From: Dysgonamonadaceae bacterium
Lineage (GTDB): Bacteria > Bacteroidota > Bacteroidia > Bacteroidales > Azobacteroidaceae
Direction: 5' to 3'
DNA length: 58,360 nt
Assembly (NCBI GenBank): GCA_031270075.1
Contig: JAISYG010000025.1
Location: 1-58,360, forward strand
Positions 37,442 through 48,043 of this stretch are shown here, one piece after another; position 1 is the stretch's first letter; each line of letters begins with the position of its first letter. The notes beneath the pieces were generated by a model. It saw only the letters and a program-made list of their open reading frames with translations, had not been told where the DNA came from and made no database searches. The translations under genes and the position numbers were made by a program.

Positions 37442-40075
37442 TTATTTTCTCACTTTAAGTGTTTTCTCTATGCTTCCGGTGTGTACCCTGATCAGGTAAA
37501 CGCCTTTTGCATACGGTGTCAGATCGACCGGAAGAATGTTCTTCCCCGCATCTATCCGGTAGGTCTGTTGGTGTAGCCGTACGCCTGCTACCGAATAAAT
37601 AGCCACAACGACCGACGCGCTCCGTGCATTGTTAATCACCAAATAGCCGTTGCCTGCGGCATCGTAGTAATTGTAACAGGATTCCGTTGCACCGACTTCC
37701 GTGATATGATCCGGCAAGCCTGTCAGGTAAACCGTAACATGGGACGATGGTTCGGTTAATCCTCCGCTGTCCTTCGCCCGTACACGGATGTAGTAAGTAC
37801 CCGCATTCAAATCGTTGTAAACGGTACTGTAAACAAAGGGGTCGACCGATTTCAGTGTTGTTTCGCGAGAGGGGAAGGTGGAGATCTTCGACAGCTCGGC
37901 GCGGAACCCTTTGGATTCCTGTGGCTGCCAGCTGACTTCGATCGCGTTTCCGGTAAGGGTGGCTCCATCGCTGGGCGAAACAAGCACCGGTACCGGCACC
38001 GGTACCTCTTCGGTAACGAAATAAATCCGTTCCGAAATGGCCTGTATGGCTCCCAGCGTAGCTCTTACCCGGGCGTAATAGGTAGTTGCTGTGGATAAAA
38101 CACCGCTGGGTACGCTTGCTGTGGTCGTTTGTACTTCTGCCGTATATGTCAGCGGACTGAAACCGGACTTAGCCGAAATTTCAAGTATATAAACGGCTCC
38201 CGGGCCAATGTTTGTCCACGAAAATTCGGGAGTCATCGACACATTCGTAGTCGCATCGGCGGGCGAGGTTATCTTAAACTTCGTGCCGCTGAAACTGCGT
38301 ATGTCCGAAACGGCAACCGGTGCATTGGCTTTGAGCGATTTCACGCGCCAGTAATAGGTTGTATTCTCCTGAATGTTGGATTGCAGGCCTGCGTAGAACT
38401 CGGCCGTTTTTGTTTCGCGCGACGCGATGGGTTGCGTAAAGCCGGCATCGGCCGACAACTCCCACACGTAACCGTCGGCGGCGTTGGCCGAATCCCAGGT
38501 AAACAGGGCGGGCAATACTACATTTTCTGCATTATCGGCAGGATAGATCAGTGGTGCTGCCGCCAGGCTTTCTGCCGGTTCGCCCAGCACCCGCGGCGGA
38601 AATTCGTTTCCGTAACGGTCGTAAACGGCTACGGCTATCTTGTGCGTTGCTGCGCTTATGCCGGCCGGCAAGGTATAGCTTTTTGTATAGCTGATGGCCT
38701 GCAAGTAGTTGGAAGAGGTAAAAGCATCCGCATCGTTCCGGTTGGCGTTGGGTACGGCGTAAATGCTGTAACGAACATCGTTGCCGGCATACGTCCACGT
38801 CAGGTTCTGCCCCGAAAGGCTCAGATTGTCCGCCAGGGTTTGTGTCGGCGCCGTTTTCCATCCGTAGGCTGCACGCAGGGCCGGTTGCTGGTATACGGTT
38901 GCTTTCAGTGCATTGTAGGCCGCTTGCGTAGTGTTGTTGGTGCGGAAGAAGACAGCGCCTGTTACTCCGTTCAGGTCGGCGTCGCGGTTGAGCTGTACTT
39001 CGGCGGGAAACTCAACCGTAAGATTTCCTACGCTTACACTGTTGCTCGAATAGAAATGCCGCCCGAACCGGTTGGCTACTTTCGACCACCACGGACTGAG
39101 TTTGGAATAAGACCCTGTGGCAATACTCCAATAGATCTGCGGCGATATGTAATCGATCGATCCGTCTTTGAGCCAGGCCAGCGGATCGCTGTATATGCTG
39201 CTGTATTGCCAGTCGCTGCCGGGCGCGGGGTCGACGCCGTATTTGGCCGCCACATCCGCATCGGAAGCGGCTACGCCGGCGGGACTGATACCAAACGTAA
39301 GGTAGGGTTTCAGGCTGTTGATGCGGGCTTGCACCTCGCGCACCATCTGGTTCACGTTCTCGCGCCGCCAGTCTTCCCGCGACAGTCCGTTGGGGTTGTA
39401 GGCCTGGTACTGATTCTGATCCATGGCATTGGTAGTGCCCGAAACATAGAAGTAGTCGTCGAACACAATGCCGTCGACATCGTAATGGGTAATGATGTCT
39501 TCCACCACATCGCAGATCCGTTGCCTCACTTCCGGCAGGCCCGGATTGAGTATTTTGGTTACGCCGTCGGCATACGTGAGTAGCCAATCGGGATGGAGCT
39601 TGGCATAATCCGTATCCAGGTTGCCGTGTGATTCGGGCGAGGTGGAATAGCGGTACGGATTGAGCCATGCATGTACTTCAATCCCCCGTTTGTGCGCTTC
39701 TTCAACGATATAGGCCAGCGGATCCCAACCCGGATCGGCGCCGCGGGTCGACGACAGATACTGGCTCCAGGGTTCGTATTGCGACTGGTAGAAAGCGTCG
39801 CTCATGCCGCGCACCTGAAAGAATACGGTATTGAAATGGGCGGCCTGCAACTTGTTCAAGACAGCGATTAAACCGGCTTTCTGGGTATTGCGCATCGTTT
39901 CGCGGGCTGCTTCGTTGTTTCCCGTAGCGGCAGGTACTACACCCGATGGCCAGTCCAATGTCCACACGGTGGAAAGCCAGGTAGCCCTGACCTCGCGCTT
40001 GGGCGACTGAGCCGGCGTCAGATTCGCAACTACGGCTGCCAGTAAGAACGAAATATAAATCTTCTTCATTATCAT
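37442..40075 (-). CDS. GHL10 (DigH/YddW-like) glycoside hydrolase with Fn3-like repeats and T9SS tail, intact
   Basis: PKREVRATWLSTV, FFQVRG, HAWLNPYR, DGIVFDDYFY, DYISPQIYW; YYWRVK/YYARVR/YYIRVR repeats; GVYLIRV tail. Confidence 0.9.
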   Translation of the reverse strand: MIMKKIYISFLLAAVVANLTPAQSPKREVRATWLSTVWTLDWPSGVVPAATGNNEAARETMRNTQKAGLIAVLNKLQAAHFNTVFFQVRGMSDAFYQSQYEPWSQYLSSTRGADPGWDPLAYIVEEAHKRGIEVHAWLNPYRYSTSPESHGNLDTDYAKLHPDWLLTYADGVTKILNPGLPEVRQRICDVVEDIITHYDVDGIVFDDYFYVSGTTNAMDQNQYQAYNPNGLSREDWRRENVNQMVREVQARINSLKPYLTFGISPAGVAASDADVAAKYGVDPAPGSDWQYSSIYSDPLAWLKDGSIDYISPQIYWSIATGSYSKLSPWWSKVANRFGRHFYSSNSVSVGNLTVEFPAEVQLNRDADLNGVTGAVFFRTNNTTQAAYNALKATVYQQPALRAAYGWKTAPTQTLADNLSLSGQNLTWTYAGNDVRYSIYAVPNANRNDADAFTSSNYLQAISYTKSYTLPAGISAATHKIAVAVYDRYGNEFPPRVLGEPAESLAAAPLIYPADNAENVVLPALFTWDSANAADGYVWELSADAGFTQPIASRETKTAEFYAGLQSNIQENTTYYWRVKSLKANAPVAVSDIRSFSGTKFKITSPADATTNVSMTPEFSWTNIGPGAVYILEISAKSGFSPLTYTAEVQTTTASVPSGVLSTATTYYARVRATLGAIQAISERIYFVTEEVPVPVPVLVSPSDGATLTGNAIEVSWQPQESKGFRAELSKISTFPSRETTLKSVDPFVYSTVYNDLNAGTYYIRVRAKDSGGLTEPSSHVTVYLTGLPDHITEVGATESCYNYYDAAGNGYLVINNARSASVVVAIYSVAGVRLHQQTYRIDAGKNILPVDLTPYAKGVYLIRVHTGSIEKTLKVRK

Positions 40076-40231
40076 ATACTTTTATATCTTGCCCATTTAT
40101 GCAAGCGCCGGCGGGTCGATGCCGCCACGACGCTGCTTCTTCATTGGCATGTATGCAAGTGCATCCTGCGCCTCTGTGGCGCTTAATCCTGCAAGCCTGC
40201 CTTGCTAACGCTTGCAGGCCGATGGATTGAA

Positions 40232-41914
40232 CTAAAACAGTTTCGACCGGCTGTTGTTAATCGTTACGCCATACACATCAACGCCTTCGATAACGTGCTC
40301 GAGGAGTTTGGTTTTGGCGTTGTAACGCATCAGACCCGATTTCACTTCGTTGGGATAAGCCGATCGCAGGCCGAAATAGACATCGCCGGTGGCTTCGTCC
40401 AATGCCAGCTGGCAGATGCCGATAAACTCGCCCGACGAGCCTTCGCCTTTGCCGCTTTCGGTGATCGGTATAACGCTTTTGCCTCCGGCCGTTTTCAACA
40501 GGTAGGGGGCGAGCGCGCCTTTCGATCCGCCGATGGCGTTGAGTTGTTCCAGCGTGCAGCGGTAGATGCCTTCGTATCCGGTATCGTAAACCGTGAAGTA
40601 GAACACTTTATTACTTGCATCCCATACCAGCGACTTGGGTGTCATGCCCGGAAGGGCGATGCCGTCAGCCGGGGCTGTCTGTCCACCTGTGATGGTGGCC
40701 GGCAGGATGTCCGACTCTTTGAAACGGAAAATGCCGGTTCCGTTATAGGTTTTGCACCAATACCATACGCCATCGATCCGTGTGAAGCAGGCGTTCATCG
40801 ATCCGTAGCTCCAGCCGTTGCTGTAGTATCCCAGCAGGGCGTTCTGTACGTACCAGGGAAAGTCGCTTAGCGAGTACAGGCGGTTGCGTTCGGTTAGCGC
40901 TATGCGGGCGATGCCGGTGTTCCGGTTGGCAAAGTAGAGGTTTGTGCCTTCAATGTATCCGTAGAACGGGTCGTCGAAGGCGGCGCCGGTGTTGCTCAAC
41001 AGGGTTTCCATCCGCGAGCCGTCTTTGGCCATTATCTGAATGCGCCCGTCGCCCATGTTGCCGTCTTCGTCGTTTACGTAGATAAATTGTGTACCGCAAT
41101 CCAGTATGTAGAGCGACTGGTCGTTGAAGAGGATGTTGAGCGGATGTTTTCCCGACGAAACGCTCATATCGTAGGGTGTAATGTTCATGCCTGCCGGTTT
41201 GTCGGCCGCCAACTTGAGTGCCATGATGTTACCGTTTTTCACTGCATAATACAGGGTGGGAACTTCTTTGTTGTAGGCTACTTGTATGTTTATTTTGCCT
41301 TCTTCCAACGGGCGTCCGCCCAACTTTACCTGTAAGCGTACGGTTTGCGAACCTACGTGTGCAAATTTGACTTTGCCCGGATTGGGTTCGTTGGAGGTAG
41401 TGAGTACGTTGCCGTTGGCGTCGGTGGTTCCTGCCGGGAAGATCCACGTGTATTCTTCCGTCAGGCCTTCCGGGTTCGGCAGTTCGACCGAGATGCTTAC
41501 CTGGGTAGAGAGTACTTCGCAGATGCCGCTTTCGTTCTCGATGGGGTTGAGGGTCATGATGGGCACGATGTCTTTAATCAAAATGGGTTGGGTCCGGCTC
41601 TGGTTGCCGATGATTAGCTTGACCTTGTAAGTGCCGGCAGTTGCAAACTGATGTGTGGTGGTTTCGCCCGTAGCGGTTGAGCCGTCGCCGAAGTCCCAGG
41701 TGCAGACGCCTTCTGCTTTGGATATACTGGTAAACTCGACTTGTGCGCCTACGTAATAATCCAGTTGGTAGGAGTTGTCGATGATCTTGTAGTCGAAAGC
41801 CACGGCGGCAGAGGGCAAATCTTCCACTTCCGGCATATTGTCTATACAGCCGAAAGTGAGCAATCCTGCCAGGGAGTATAGCAGATAGTGTTTGAGATCT
41901 ATTCTTGTTTTCAT
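40232..41914 (-). CDS. PKD-domain surface lipoprotein
   Basis: TFGC lipobox; WDFGDGST..HQFATAGTYKVKL PKD motif; start at MKTRID (alternative 41947). Confidence 0.8.
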   Translation of the reverse strand: MKTRIDLKHYLLYSLAGLLTFGCIDNMPEVEDLPSAAVAFDYKIIDNSYQLDYYVGAQVEFTSISKAEGVCTWDFGDGSTATGETTTHQFATAGTYKVKLIIGNQSRTQPILIKDIVPIMTLNPIENESGICEVLSTQVSISVELPNPEGLTEEYTWIFPAGTTDANGNVLTTSNEPNPGKVKFAHVGSQTVRLQVKLGGRPLEEGKINIQVAYNKEVPTLYYAVKNGNIMALKLAADKPAGMNITPYDMSVSSGKHPLNILFNDQSLYILDCGTQFIYVNDEDGNMGDGRIQIMAKDGSRMETLLSNTGAAFDDPFYGYIEGTNLYFANRNTGIARIALTERNRLYSLSDFPWYVQNALLGYYSNGWSYGSMNACFTRIDGVWYWCKTYNGTGIFRFKESDILPATITGGQTAPADGIALPGMTPKSLVWDASNKVFYFTVYDTGYEGIYRCTLEQLNAIGGSKGALAPYLLKTAGGKSVIPITESGKGEGSSGEFIGICQLALDEATGDVYFGLRSAYPNEVKSGLMRYNAKTKLLEHVIEGVDVYGVTINNSRSKLF

Positions 41915-41933
41915 ACGTTTGATTGTTTTTAAT

Positions 41934-42785
41934 TTAGATGATATCAAATTCTTTCGTTACTGTTAATCCGTATATGCCCTTTTTGTCGTACACCCTCAGG
42001 GTGGCGTTGGATTTGTAGGTGCGTCTATACAGCACGTTGTAGCCGCCGGTAGCGTTTTCAATCAGATCGTCGAAAGGAATGCTTTCATACAGTGCTTTGA
42101 TTGCGTCGGGTACCGGCCGGTTGCCGCTGCCGGCGGGCACTTCCTCAAAGGCGTTGATTTCGCTGCCCGAAGCTTCGTCGTAATACGGGTGGTTGTATTC
42201 TTTGTCGAAGTTTTCCACCAACCCCATTTCCGACATCATCTTTTTGTAGTCGGCATACTTCATCAGCGGTTGGAGGCTATCCTTAAACTGTTTTGCAAAA
42301 CCTTCGCCGAAATAGGTATTCATCTTGTCGTAATCGAACGTTACTTCGGGGTTTATCCACGAAAACGGTTTCAGCGTACCGCTGACCGGAAATTCGGCTT
42401 TGAACGTGTAAGCGTGAAGCGAATCCGACCATACGGCCAGCGAGTGCGGATATTCCTCTATTTTCTGGGAAATGCGCTTTTCTTCCGATTGAGTAGAGCT
42501 CACAGCGTAGGTAAACGTGGTTACCCAGGGACAAGATACCGATTTCTCGATGGTTTCGACAACGTTATACCATACTTCCGAGTAATCGATGTCGGCCGTT
42601 GTAGTATAATATTGTACGGTAAACGGCATGGCTGTTCCGGCATTGACTGCCGAACTTCCAATTTCCCAATAGGCTTGCGGCCCTACATTGCCCGTAATAA
42701 CGATATCGTCGAAGAAGTCGTGTTTTTCGCACGATGTGAAGGCAATCGCCAGCAAGCAAACGGATATATATATTATTCTTTTCAT
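41934..42785 (-). CDS. Lipoprotein of unknown function (PUL accessory)
   Basis: Start MKRIIY gives signal peptide with FTSC-EKHD lipobox; downstream of SusD. Confidence 0.75.
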   Translation of the reverse strand: MKRIIYISVCLLAIAFTSCEKHDFFDDIVITGNVGPQAYWEIGSSAVNAGTAMPFTVQYYTTTADIDYSEVWYNVVETIEKSVSCPWVTTFTYAVSSTQSEEKRISQKIEEYPHSLAVWSDSLHAYTFKAEFPVSGTLKPFSWINPEVTFDYDKMNTYFGEGFAKQFKDSLQPLMKYADYKKMMSEMGLVENFDKEYNHPYYDEASGSEINAFEEVPAGSGNRPVPDAIKALYESIPFDDLIENATGGYNVLYRRTYKSNATLRVYDKKGIYGLTVTKEFDII

Positions 42786-42817
42786 GTTCAACTTCTTGTT
42801 AGTTATTAATTGAATTA

Positions 42818-44650
42818 TCATTTCCATTCGATTGAATTGCTGCAAAACGCTTTCCCGCTTGTGTTGTAAGCCCAGATCATGCGTTTCTTTAGCCATTCGT
42901 GATTTTTATAGGCACCCAGCCGTTCCAGTTCTTTTCTGTTGTATTTGTCTTCCGTTTCCGGATCGGGGTTCATGCGCATCATCCAGGCGTTGGGCGAGAG
43001 GTTGTATTCGTCCGGTTGGCCATCAACGAAAGCATCGGGTTGCCTCCAATGGGCTTCGTAGAGGTTGTAGGGCCGGCGCAACGAGTATTCCGTATCCATC
43101 GGATTTTTACCCGATCCGAAAACGGCACTTCCGGCAGTGCCGAACCCGGGGATATTGGTTCCGCCTCCGGCGCTGGTGTAACAGGTTGTTACTGTATAAA
43201 CATACGTATTGTCGTAACTGATGTGGTTGTTTTTGCTGCTGTAATTGTAGCGGCGCACGTCGTTCCATTGTTCGGGTTGCAGATACATGGCAATGTATTT
43301 CTGTTGCATCAGGTCGGCAATGGTGAACAGGCTTTCGCCCGGCAGTTTGATTGCCCAAAAAGCTTCGTAGCGTTTGCGGGCGTTGTTTCCGTCTGCTGCT
43401 GTTGGCTCGTAGATGCCCAAACGGTCGAAGTTGCGCAATACCGCCTGTTTCGTTGTATGGTAAGCCGCAGTTTTGTCGCCGGCCCAGTATTGGGCTTCTG
43501 CTTTGATAAACAGTAACTCTTCGTCGGTAATCAATGCGACGTAACCGTCGTTTTGCGTATAAGGCGTTGGCGCATCCGCCAAATTGGGATAGTTGGTTAC
43601 CTTCATCGAAGTGGCTATCCCGATATTCGATTCGAGCCAGCGCAGTTTAACGCCTGCCGACAACCCATCGATGGCAGGGCCATCGCGCATAATCATCAGT
43701 TTATTCACGCGGGGGTCGAGTGCGTCGCCACGCACCGTATTGCTGGAGGTATATCCACCCAGTAACGCATAAGCAAAAAACCGGGAGGGAATGGATTCCG
43801 CCAGGCGGTTGCCGCGGCTTTCCCATGCATTGATGATCGGGTGGGCAGGCCCCCAGGGACAGTTCTGTTCGTTGGTGCCGCCGGGATAACTGTAGAACGG
43901 CTCTTCCCAGTTCGGATCGTTCAGAATTTCGTCGACCATGGCCACAATCTTATTGCAAACCGTGGGGTTGTTTTCCCAGTTGGGCAACTTGCGCAGCCAC
44001 AGGCGGGCGCGTAATGCCTTGGCGAACAATCCCCATTTCTTCATATCGCCTTTGTAGATCCGGTCCATTCTTTCCGAGATGGGGATATTATCCGGGTTAT
44101 CCACATAAGCAGGATCGTTGTAGAGCGATACCAACTCATCGGCTTCCCGATACATCCATTCGTAGATGGCTTCCTGCGTATCGTAAGTAGGCGAGGTAGA
44201 CGTGTAGGCGTTGGAGCAAGGCATTTCGCCAAACAGGTCGGTAGTAAACAGCGTAGATTGCAGCATAATGGTGCGTCCGATCAGGATAAAGTTCTTCGAG
44301 TCTATCTTTTCGGCCGCGCGAATCATTTCGTTGATATTCGCACCCAAATCGTAGAAGTGGCGGCGCCATTGCGGGTGGCGGTTCATCTGAAGGAAATCCC
44401 AACCCTGACTGTAAGCGTAGCTTCCCGTCTGACTTTTCGATGTGGTGGTAAGCATCTGCGACAGGTAAACGCCGTATTCCGCATGGTCATAGATTTGCTG
44501 CGCTGCGTAAAAGCAGGCGGTCGGCAAAGCCTGGTCGACGGTAATCGTCGTAGGACTGTCTTTGCTGGTATTGACGTCCAGAAAATCTTCGCATCCCGCA
44601 AACGAAACGGCGAGAGCAAGACTGATAAATAGATACAGTATTTTTTTCAT
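42818..44650 (-). CDS. susD: SusD/RagB-like lipoprotein (subtype distinct from first SusD)
   Basis: FAGCEDFLD lipobox; TDLFGEMP, YDTQEAIY, EELLFIKAEA, QQKYIAMY..EQWNDVRR motifs; follows SusC. Confidence 0.9.
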   Translation of the reverse strand: MKKILYLFISLALAVSFAGCEDFLDVNTSKDSPTTITVDQALPTACFYAAQQIYDHAEYGVYLSQMLTTTSKSQTGSYAYSQGWDFLQMNRHPQWRRHFYDLGANINEMIRAAEKIDSKNFILIGRTIMLQSTLFTTDLFGEMPCSNAYTSTSPTYDTQEAIYEWMYREADELVSLYNDPAYVDNPDNIPISERMDRIYKGDMKKWGLFAKALRARLWLRKLPNWENNPTVCNKIVAMVDEILNDPNWEEPFYSYPGGTNEQNCPWGPAHPIINAWESRGNRLAESIPSRFFAYALLGGYTSSNTVRGDALDPRVNKLMIMRDGPAIDGLSAGVKLRWLESNIGIATSMKVTNYPNLADAPTPYTQNDGYVALITDEELLFIKAEAQYWAGDKTAAYHTTKQAVLRNFDRLGIYEPTAADGNNARKRYEAFWAIKLPGESLFTIADLMQQKYIAMYLQPEQWNDVRRYNYSSKNNHISYDNTYVYTVTTCYTSAGGGTNIPGFGTAGSAVFGSGKNPMDTEYSLRRPYNLYEAHWRQPDAFVDGQPDEYNLSPNAWMMRMNPDPETEDKYNRKELERLGAYKNHEWLKKRMIWAYNTSGKAFCSNSIEWK

Positions 44651-44662
44651 GTTCTTTAATCT

Positions 44663-47600
44663 TTAAAATGTGGCTGTGATACTGAAATTATAACTACGGG
44701 TACTGGGAACGGCATAGTTATCGATACCTGCCGAACCTGTACCTCCTGCATCCGTATTGGCATTACAGGTCGGATCATCGCCCGTATAGCGCGTCAGCAT
44801 AAACAGGTTATTGCCTGTGAGAGCCAAACGCAATCCGGTCAGACCAAGTTTGCCGGCCAGGTTTTGCGGAAGCGCATATCCGAGCGACAAGTAGTTCATA
44901 CGAATATAGGAGCCGTCTTCCACAAAGTTTTCACTCACGTTGACAAAATAATTGATAATCGTGGTGTAGTCGAGCGTAATCGGCGTGGTGTTGGGTGCAT
45001 AAGTGCCGTCGGCCTGTTGTACTACGCCATCGACTACGACTTGCCGTCCGCGGTACTGTTCCAACATTTTGCTTTGTCCGTTCGAGATCAATCCGCGTCC
45101 GGTTACGTTCACCACATCGCCGCCCAGCCGTCCGTCGAAAAGGAAGGACAGCGTCCAGTCATTATATCTGAATGTATTGGTCAAACCGGCGAGAAACTTC
45201 GGTTCGCGGTTGCCGAGATAATTGTTTTTATTGGGATGGATGGTGGGGAATCCGCTTTCGTCGCAGATAATTTTGCCGTCTTCGGTACGGTTGTAGGTTT
45301 TACCCGAAAGCCCGGTAGTAGAACCGCCCAGGAAAGCCGACGGGAAAATATCGCCGTATTGCGTACCGGTAATTTCGGCTACTTCTTCCGGCAGCATCAT
45401 TACTTTGCCGCGGTTCAAGCCGAAGTTCAAACCGGCCGTCCAAGAGAATACATTGTTTTTGATTATATCCTGTTCCAAGGTAAATTCCACCCCGGTGTTG
45501 CGGACGTTTCCCTCGTTGCGGGTTTGAAGGATATAGCCCGACGAGGGCGATACACGTACGGTAACAATCTGGTTATTGACCTGGGTGGCATAATAGGCCA
45601 GATCCAAGCGTGTACGACTGTTGAAAAACCGCAAGTCGGTGCCCACTTCCCATGTATGCGTCATTTCCGGCGTCAAGTTTCTATCGGCCGACGAAAGCGT
45701 AGGATCGATGCCGTAACCGTTGTCGGGATAGGTAGCAAATTGTTTATAGCGGCGGTCGTAGAGATAAGCCATAGCGTCGCCCCCTACTTGAGCATAGTTC
45801 CCACGCAGCTTTCCGTAGCTGAAAAAGTCGCTCTGCAAACCGAAGAGTTCGGAAAAGAGCAAACCGCCCGTGATGGAGGGATAATAATAGGGGTTGGTAA
45901 TGATGGTCGACGACCAGTCCCAGCGGCTGGTAACGCTCAGCGAAGCCAGTCCTTTGTAGTCTGCGCGAATCTCGCCGAAATAGCTATACATGCGCTTTTG
46001 ACTGTGCGATTCCGTACGGTCGCTCAGGTAAATGTACTTCGAGTTGGTATTGCTCAGGCTGTAGGTACCCGGAATGATGAAATCGCGGCCAGAGTTCGAC
46101 ATCGAAAAGCCTTTATTCATCTTCAAATCGGTTCCTGCCAGGAAGTCAATGCCGAAATCGTTCGATAATTCCCATTTGTAAGTAGCCATAGCCAGGGCCG
46201 TAAACTGCTGTCCCCGGCTGCTCGATGTGCTGTAAGCTCCTAACGAGGCTTTATCCATGTTTTCGATGTCTTTCTCGGTCAGATAGGGTGTATTCTTGTA
46301 TTTCTCCAGGAAGGCGTTGTAAGCGGCCAGGTCTTTTTCGTATTGGGCCCGTTCGGCGGCCGTCGCATTTTCGCCCGGCGCGGCGGGAATGGCGACGTCT
46401 TGATAGACTACCGAATCGTCCCAGCGGGGCACCGAATAGCCATCGTAGAAGTAGGCGCTTGCATCGTATCCCAGGCGGCCGGTAAACGTTAAGTTTTTAA
46501 GCGGCTTCCATTCCAACTGGCCATTTAAAATATTGCGCAGCGTTCGGTTCTCTCCCCAGTCGTTGTAGCGCGAATAAAGCGGACTGATGGGCGAATCGTA
46601 TTTATTTACATCGTTGTAATACCGGAAGCGCGGATATCCGTTGGCAAGTTGGTAATCGGTTATATCGTCGGTAATCGGCCAGCCATAAGCGGTCGACAAT
46701 CCGCCTGCGCCGCGGGAAGTCGTTTCCGAAATATTGGCCGAAACCGTTAGCGACAGTGTGTTTGTAGGATTATAAGTCCCTTTCAACAGCATACCGAACC
46801 GGTTGCGGTAATCTTTCGGAATAATCCCATCGTGCATAGAGTAATAGGCCGAAGCGTAAGCTTGAAACTTTTCGCTACCACCCGAAAGACTGAAATCGTA
46901 CTTCTGATACATACCGTTTGTCAGGAAATTGCCGACATTGTCATAGATTTGCTGGCCCTCGTTCAATAAAGGTCCCCAGCCTCCGCCGGCTTTTTCGGTG
47001 TAGAAGCCTTGGGCGCCGGGCGCATAGCTGGTTTGCAGTTGCCGCACGCGTGTGGGCGTATCGTATTGCCAGCTCGCATTGGCGGTGGCCGTTACTTTGC
47101 CTATCTGTCCGCGTTTGGTGGTAATCATAATGACGCTGCCGTTTGCTTCCTGCCCGTACAGTGCCGATGCGGCGGCGCCTTTCAGTACCGTAACGCTCTC
47201 GATGTCGTTGGGGTTGATATCGCCCATCGACGAACCGTGTCCCCTGACGGGCATGCCGTCTATAACCATTAGCGGCTCGTTGCCCCGGCTGGCGTTGATC
47301 GATGAAATGCCGCGGATAATCACCTGCGAGCCTGCATTGGGCGATCCGCCCGAAGAGCTTACGCTCAATCCGGCAATTTTACCCTGCAAGGCGTTGACGA
47401 AGTTGGTTGCCTTCTTCTCTGACAGTTCGTTGCCACTGATGCCCTGCACTGCAAAGTTGAGCCGTTTCTTTTCGGTTTTCACACCCATCGCCGTAACCAC
47501 CACTTCGCTGATAGCCACGGCGTCAGGAACCAAGACAATGTCGATCTGTCCGCCTTCGTTGATTTGCCGGTTTTGAGGTTTCATACCCAAGTAGGTAAAT

Positions 47601-47824
47601 TCAAGGACTGCACCTGCCGGTACGGAGATGAAGTAATTTCCATCCATATCGGTAATCGCTCCGTTGGACGTGCCTTTTTCAATGACGGAAGCGCCGATAA
47701 CAGGCAATCCGTCTTCCTGCGAAGTAACAACGCCGGTAACAGTTACCTTCTGCGCCGTTGCGTACTGCAATCCCGCCAGAACAATTGTTAACAATAAGAT
47801 AATTTTCTTCATATTTACTATCAT
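44663..47824 (-). CDS. susC: SusC/RagA TonB-dependent transporter
   Basis: EVVVTAMG, VLKGAAASALYG..IMITTK, C-terminal F; start may be MKKII at 47812. Confidence 0.97.
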   Translation of the reverse strand: MIVNMKKIILLLTIVLAGLQYATAQKVTVTGVVTSQEDGLPVIGASVIEKGTSNGAITDMDGNYFISVPAGAVLEFTYLGMKPQNRQINEGGQIDIVLVPDAVAISEVVVTAMGVKTEKKRLNFAVQGISGNELSEKKATNFVNALQGKIAGLSVSSSGGSPNAGSQVIIRGISSINASRGNEPLMVIDGMPVRGHGSSMGDINPNDIESVTVLKGAAASALYGQEANGSVIMITTKRGQIGKVTATANASWQYDTPTRVRQLQTSYAPGAQGFYTEKAGGGWGPLLNEGQQIYDNVGNFLTNGMYQKYDFSLSGGSEKFQAYASAYYSMHDGIIPKDYRNRFGMLLKGTYNPTNTLSLTVSANISETTSRGAGGLSTAYGWPITDDITDYQLANGYPRFRYYNDVNKYDSPISPLYSRYNDWGENRTLRNILNGQLEWKPLKNLTFTGRLGYDASAYFYDGYSVPRWDDSVVYQDVAIPAAPGENATAAERAQYEKDLAAYNAFLEKYKNTPYLTEKDIENMDKASLGAYSTSSSRGQQFTALAMATYKWELSNDFGIDFLAGTDLKMNKGFSMSNSGRDFIIPGTYSLSNTNSKYIYLSDRTESHSQKRMYSYFGEIRADYKGLASLSVTSRWDWSSTIITNPYYYPSITGGLLFSELFGLQSDFFSYGKLRGNYAQVGGDAMAYLYDRRYKQFATYPDNGYGIDPTLSSADRNLTPEMTHTWEVGTDLRFFNSRTRLDLAYYATQVNNQIVTVRVSPSSGYILQTRNEGNVRNTGVEFTLEQDIIKNNVFSWTAGLNFGLNRGKVMMLPEEVAEITGTQYGDIFPSAFLGGSTTGLSGKTYNRTEDGKIICDESGFPTIHPNKNNYLGNREPKFLAGLTNTFRYNDWTLSFLFDGRLGGDVVNVTGRGLISNGQSKMLEQYRGRQVVVDGVVQQADGTYAPNTTPITLDYTTIINYFVNVSENFVEDGSYIRMNYLSLGYALPQNLAGKLGLTGLRLALTGNNLFMLTRYTGDDPTCNANTDAGGTGSAGIDNYAVPSTRSYNFSITATF

Positions 47825-47852
47825 TTTAGATTACTGTATGCTTCCCTTTTTC

Positions 47853-47891
47853 CAACAAGAAAGCCGTACCGGAACTGAATCCGGTACGGCT
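47853..47891 (-). terminator. Terminator-like hairpin ~40 nt upstream of susC start
   Basis: Perfect 12-bp stem AGCCGTACCGGA/TCCGGTACGGCT (47862-47891), 6-nt loop, followed on the minus strand by TTCTTGTT. Confidence 0.7.
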
Positions 47892-48043
47892 GAGTTACCC
47901 GCAATAAGAATATTAGCGTGTAAATTATTAAAACACAGTAGGTTTCCCCCCCCCGCAAAATATAAAATCATCTGACAGGCAACGCGTTGTCTGCATCCGG
48001 ATGAGGGTAAATCGGGGGTGTAAACTCTATTCATTTTATTTGT

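Noticed and set aside
37442-40075. GH10 xylanase
   Set aside because: Motifs are those of GHL10/DUF187 (YddW-like), not the GH10 WDVVNE/TELD signatures
3162-47975. Many long plus-strand ORFs (e.g. 3162-4343, 6707-8110, 10350-11552, 13638-14870, 38129-39583, 44864-46168)
   Set aside because: They are antisense shadows of well-supported minus-strand genes, with no recognisable motifs
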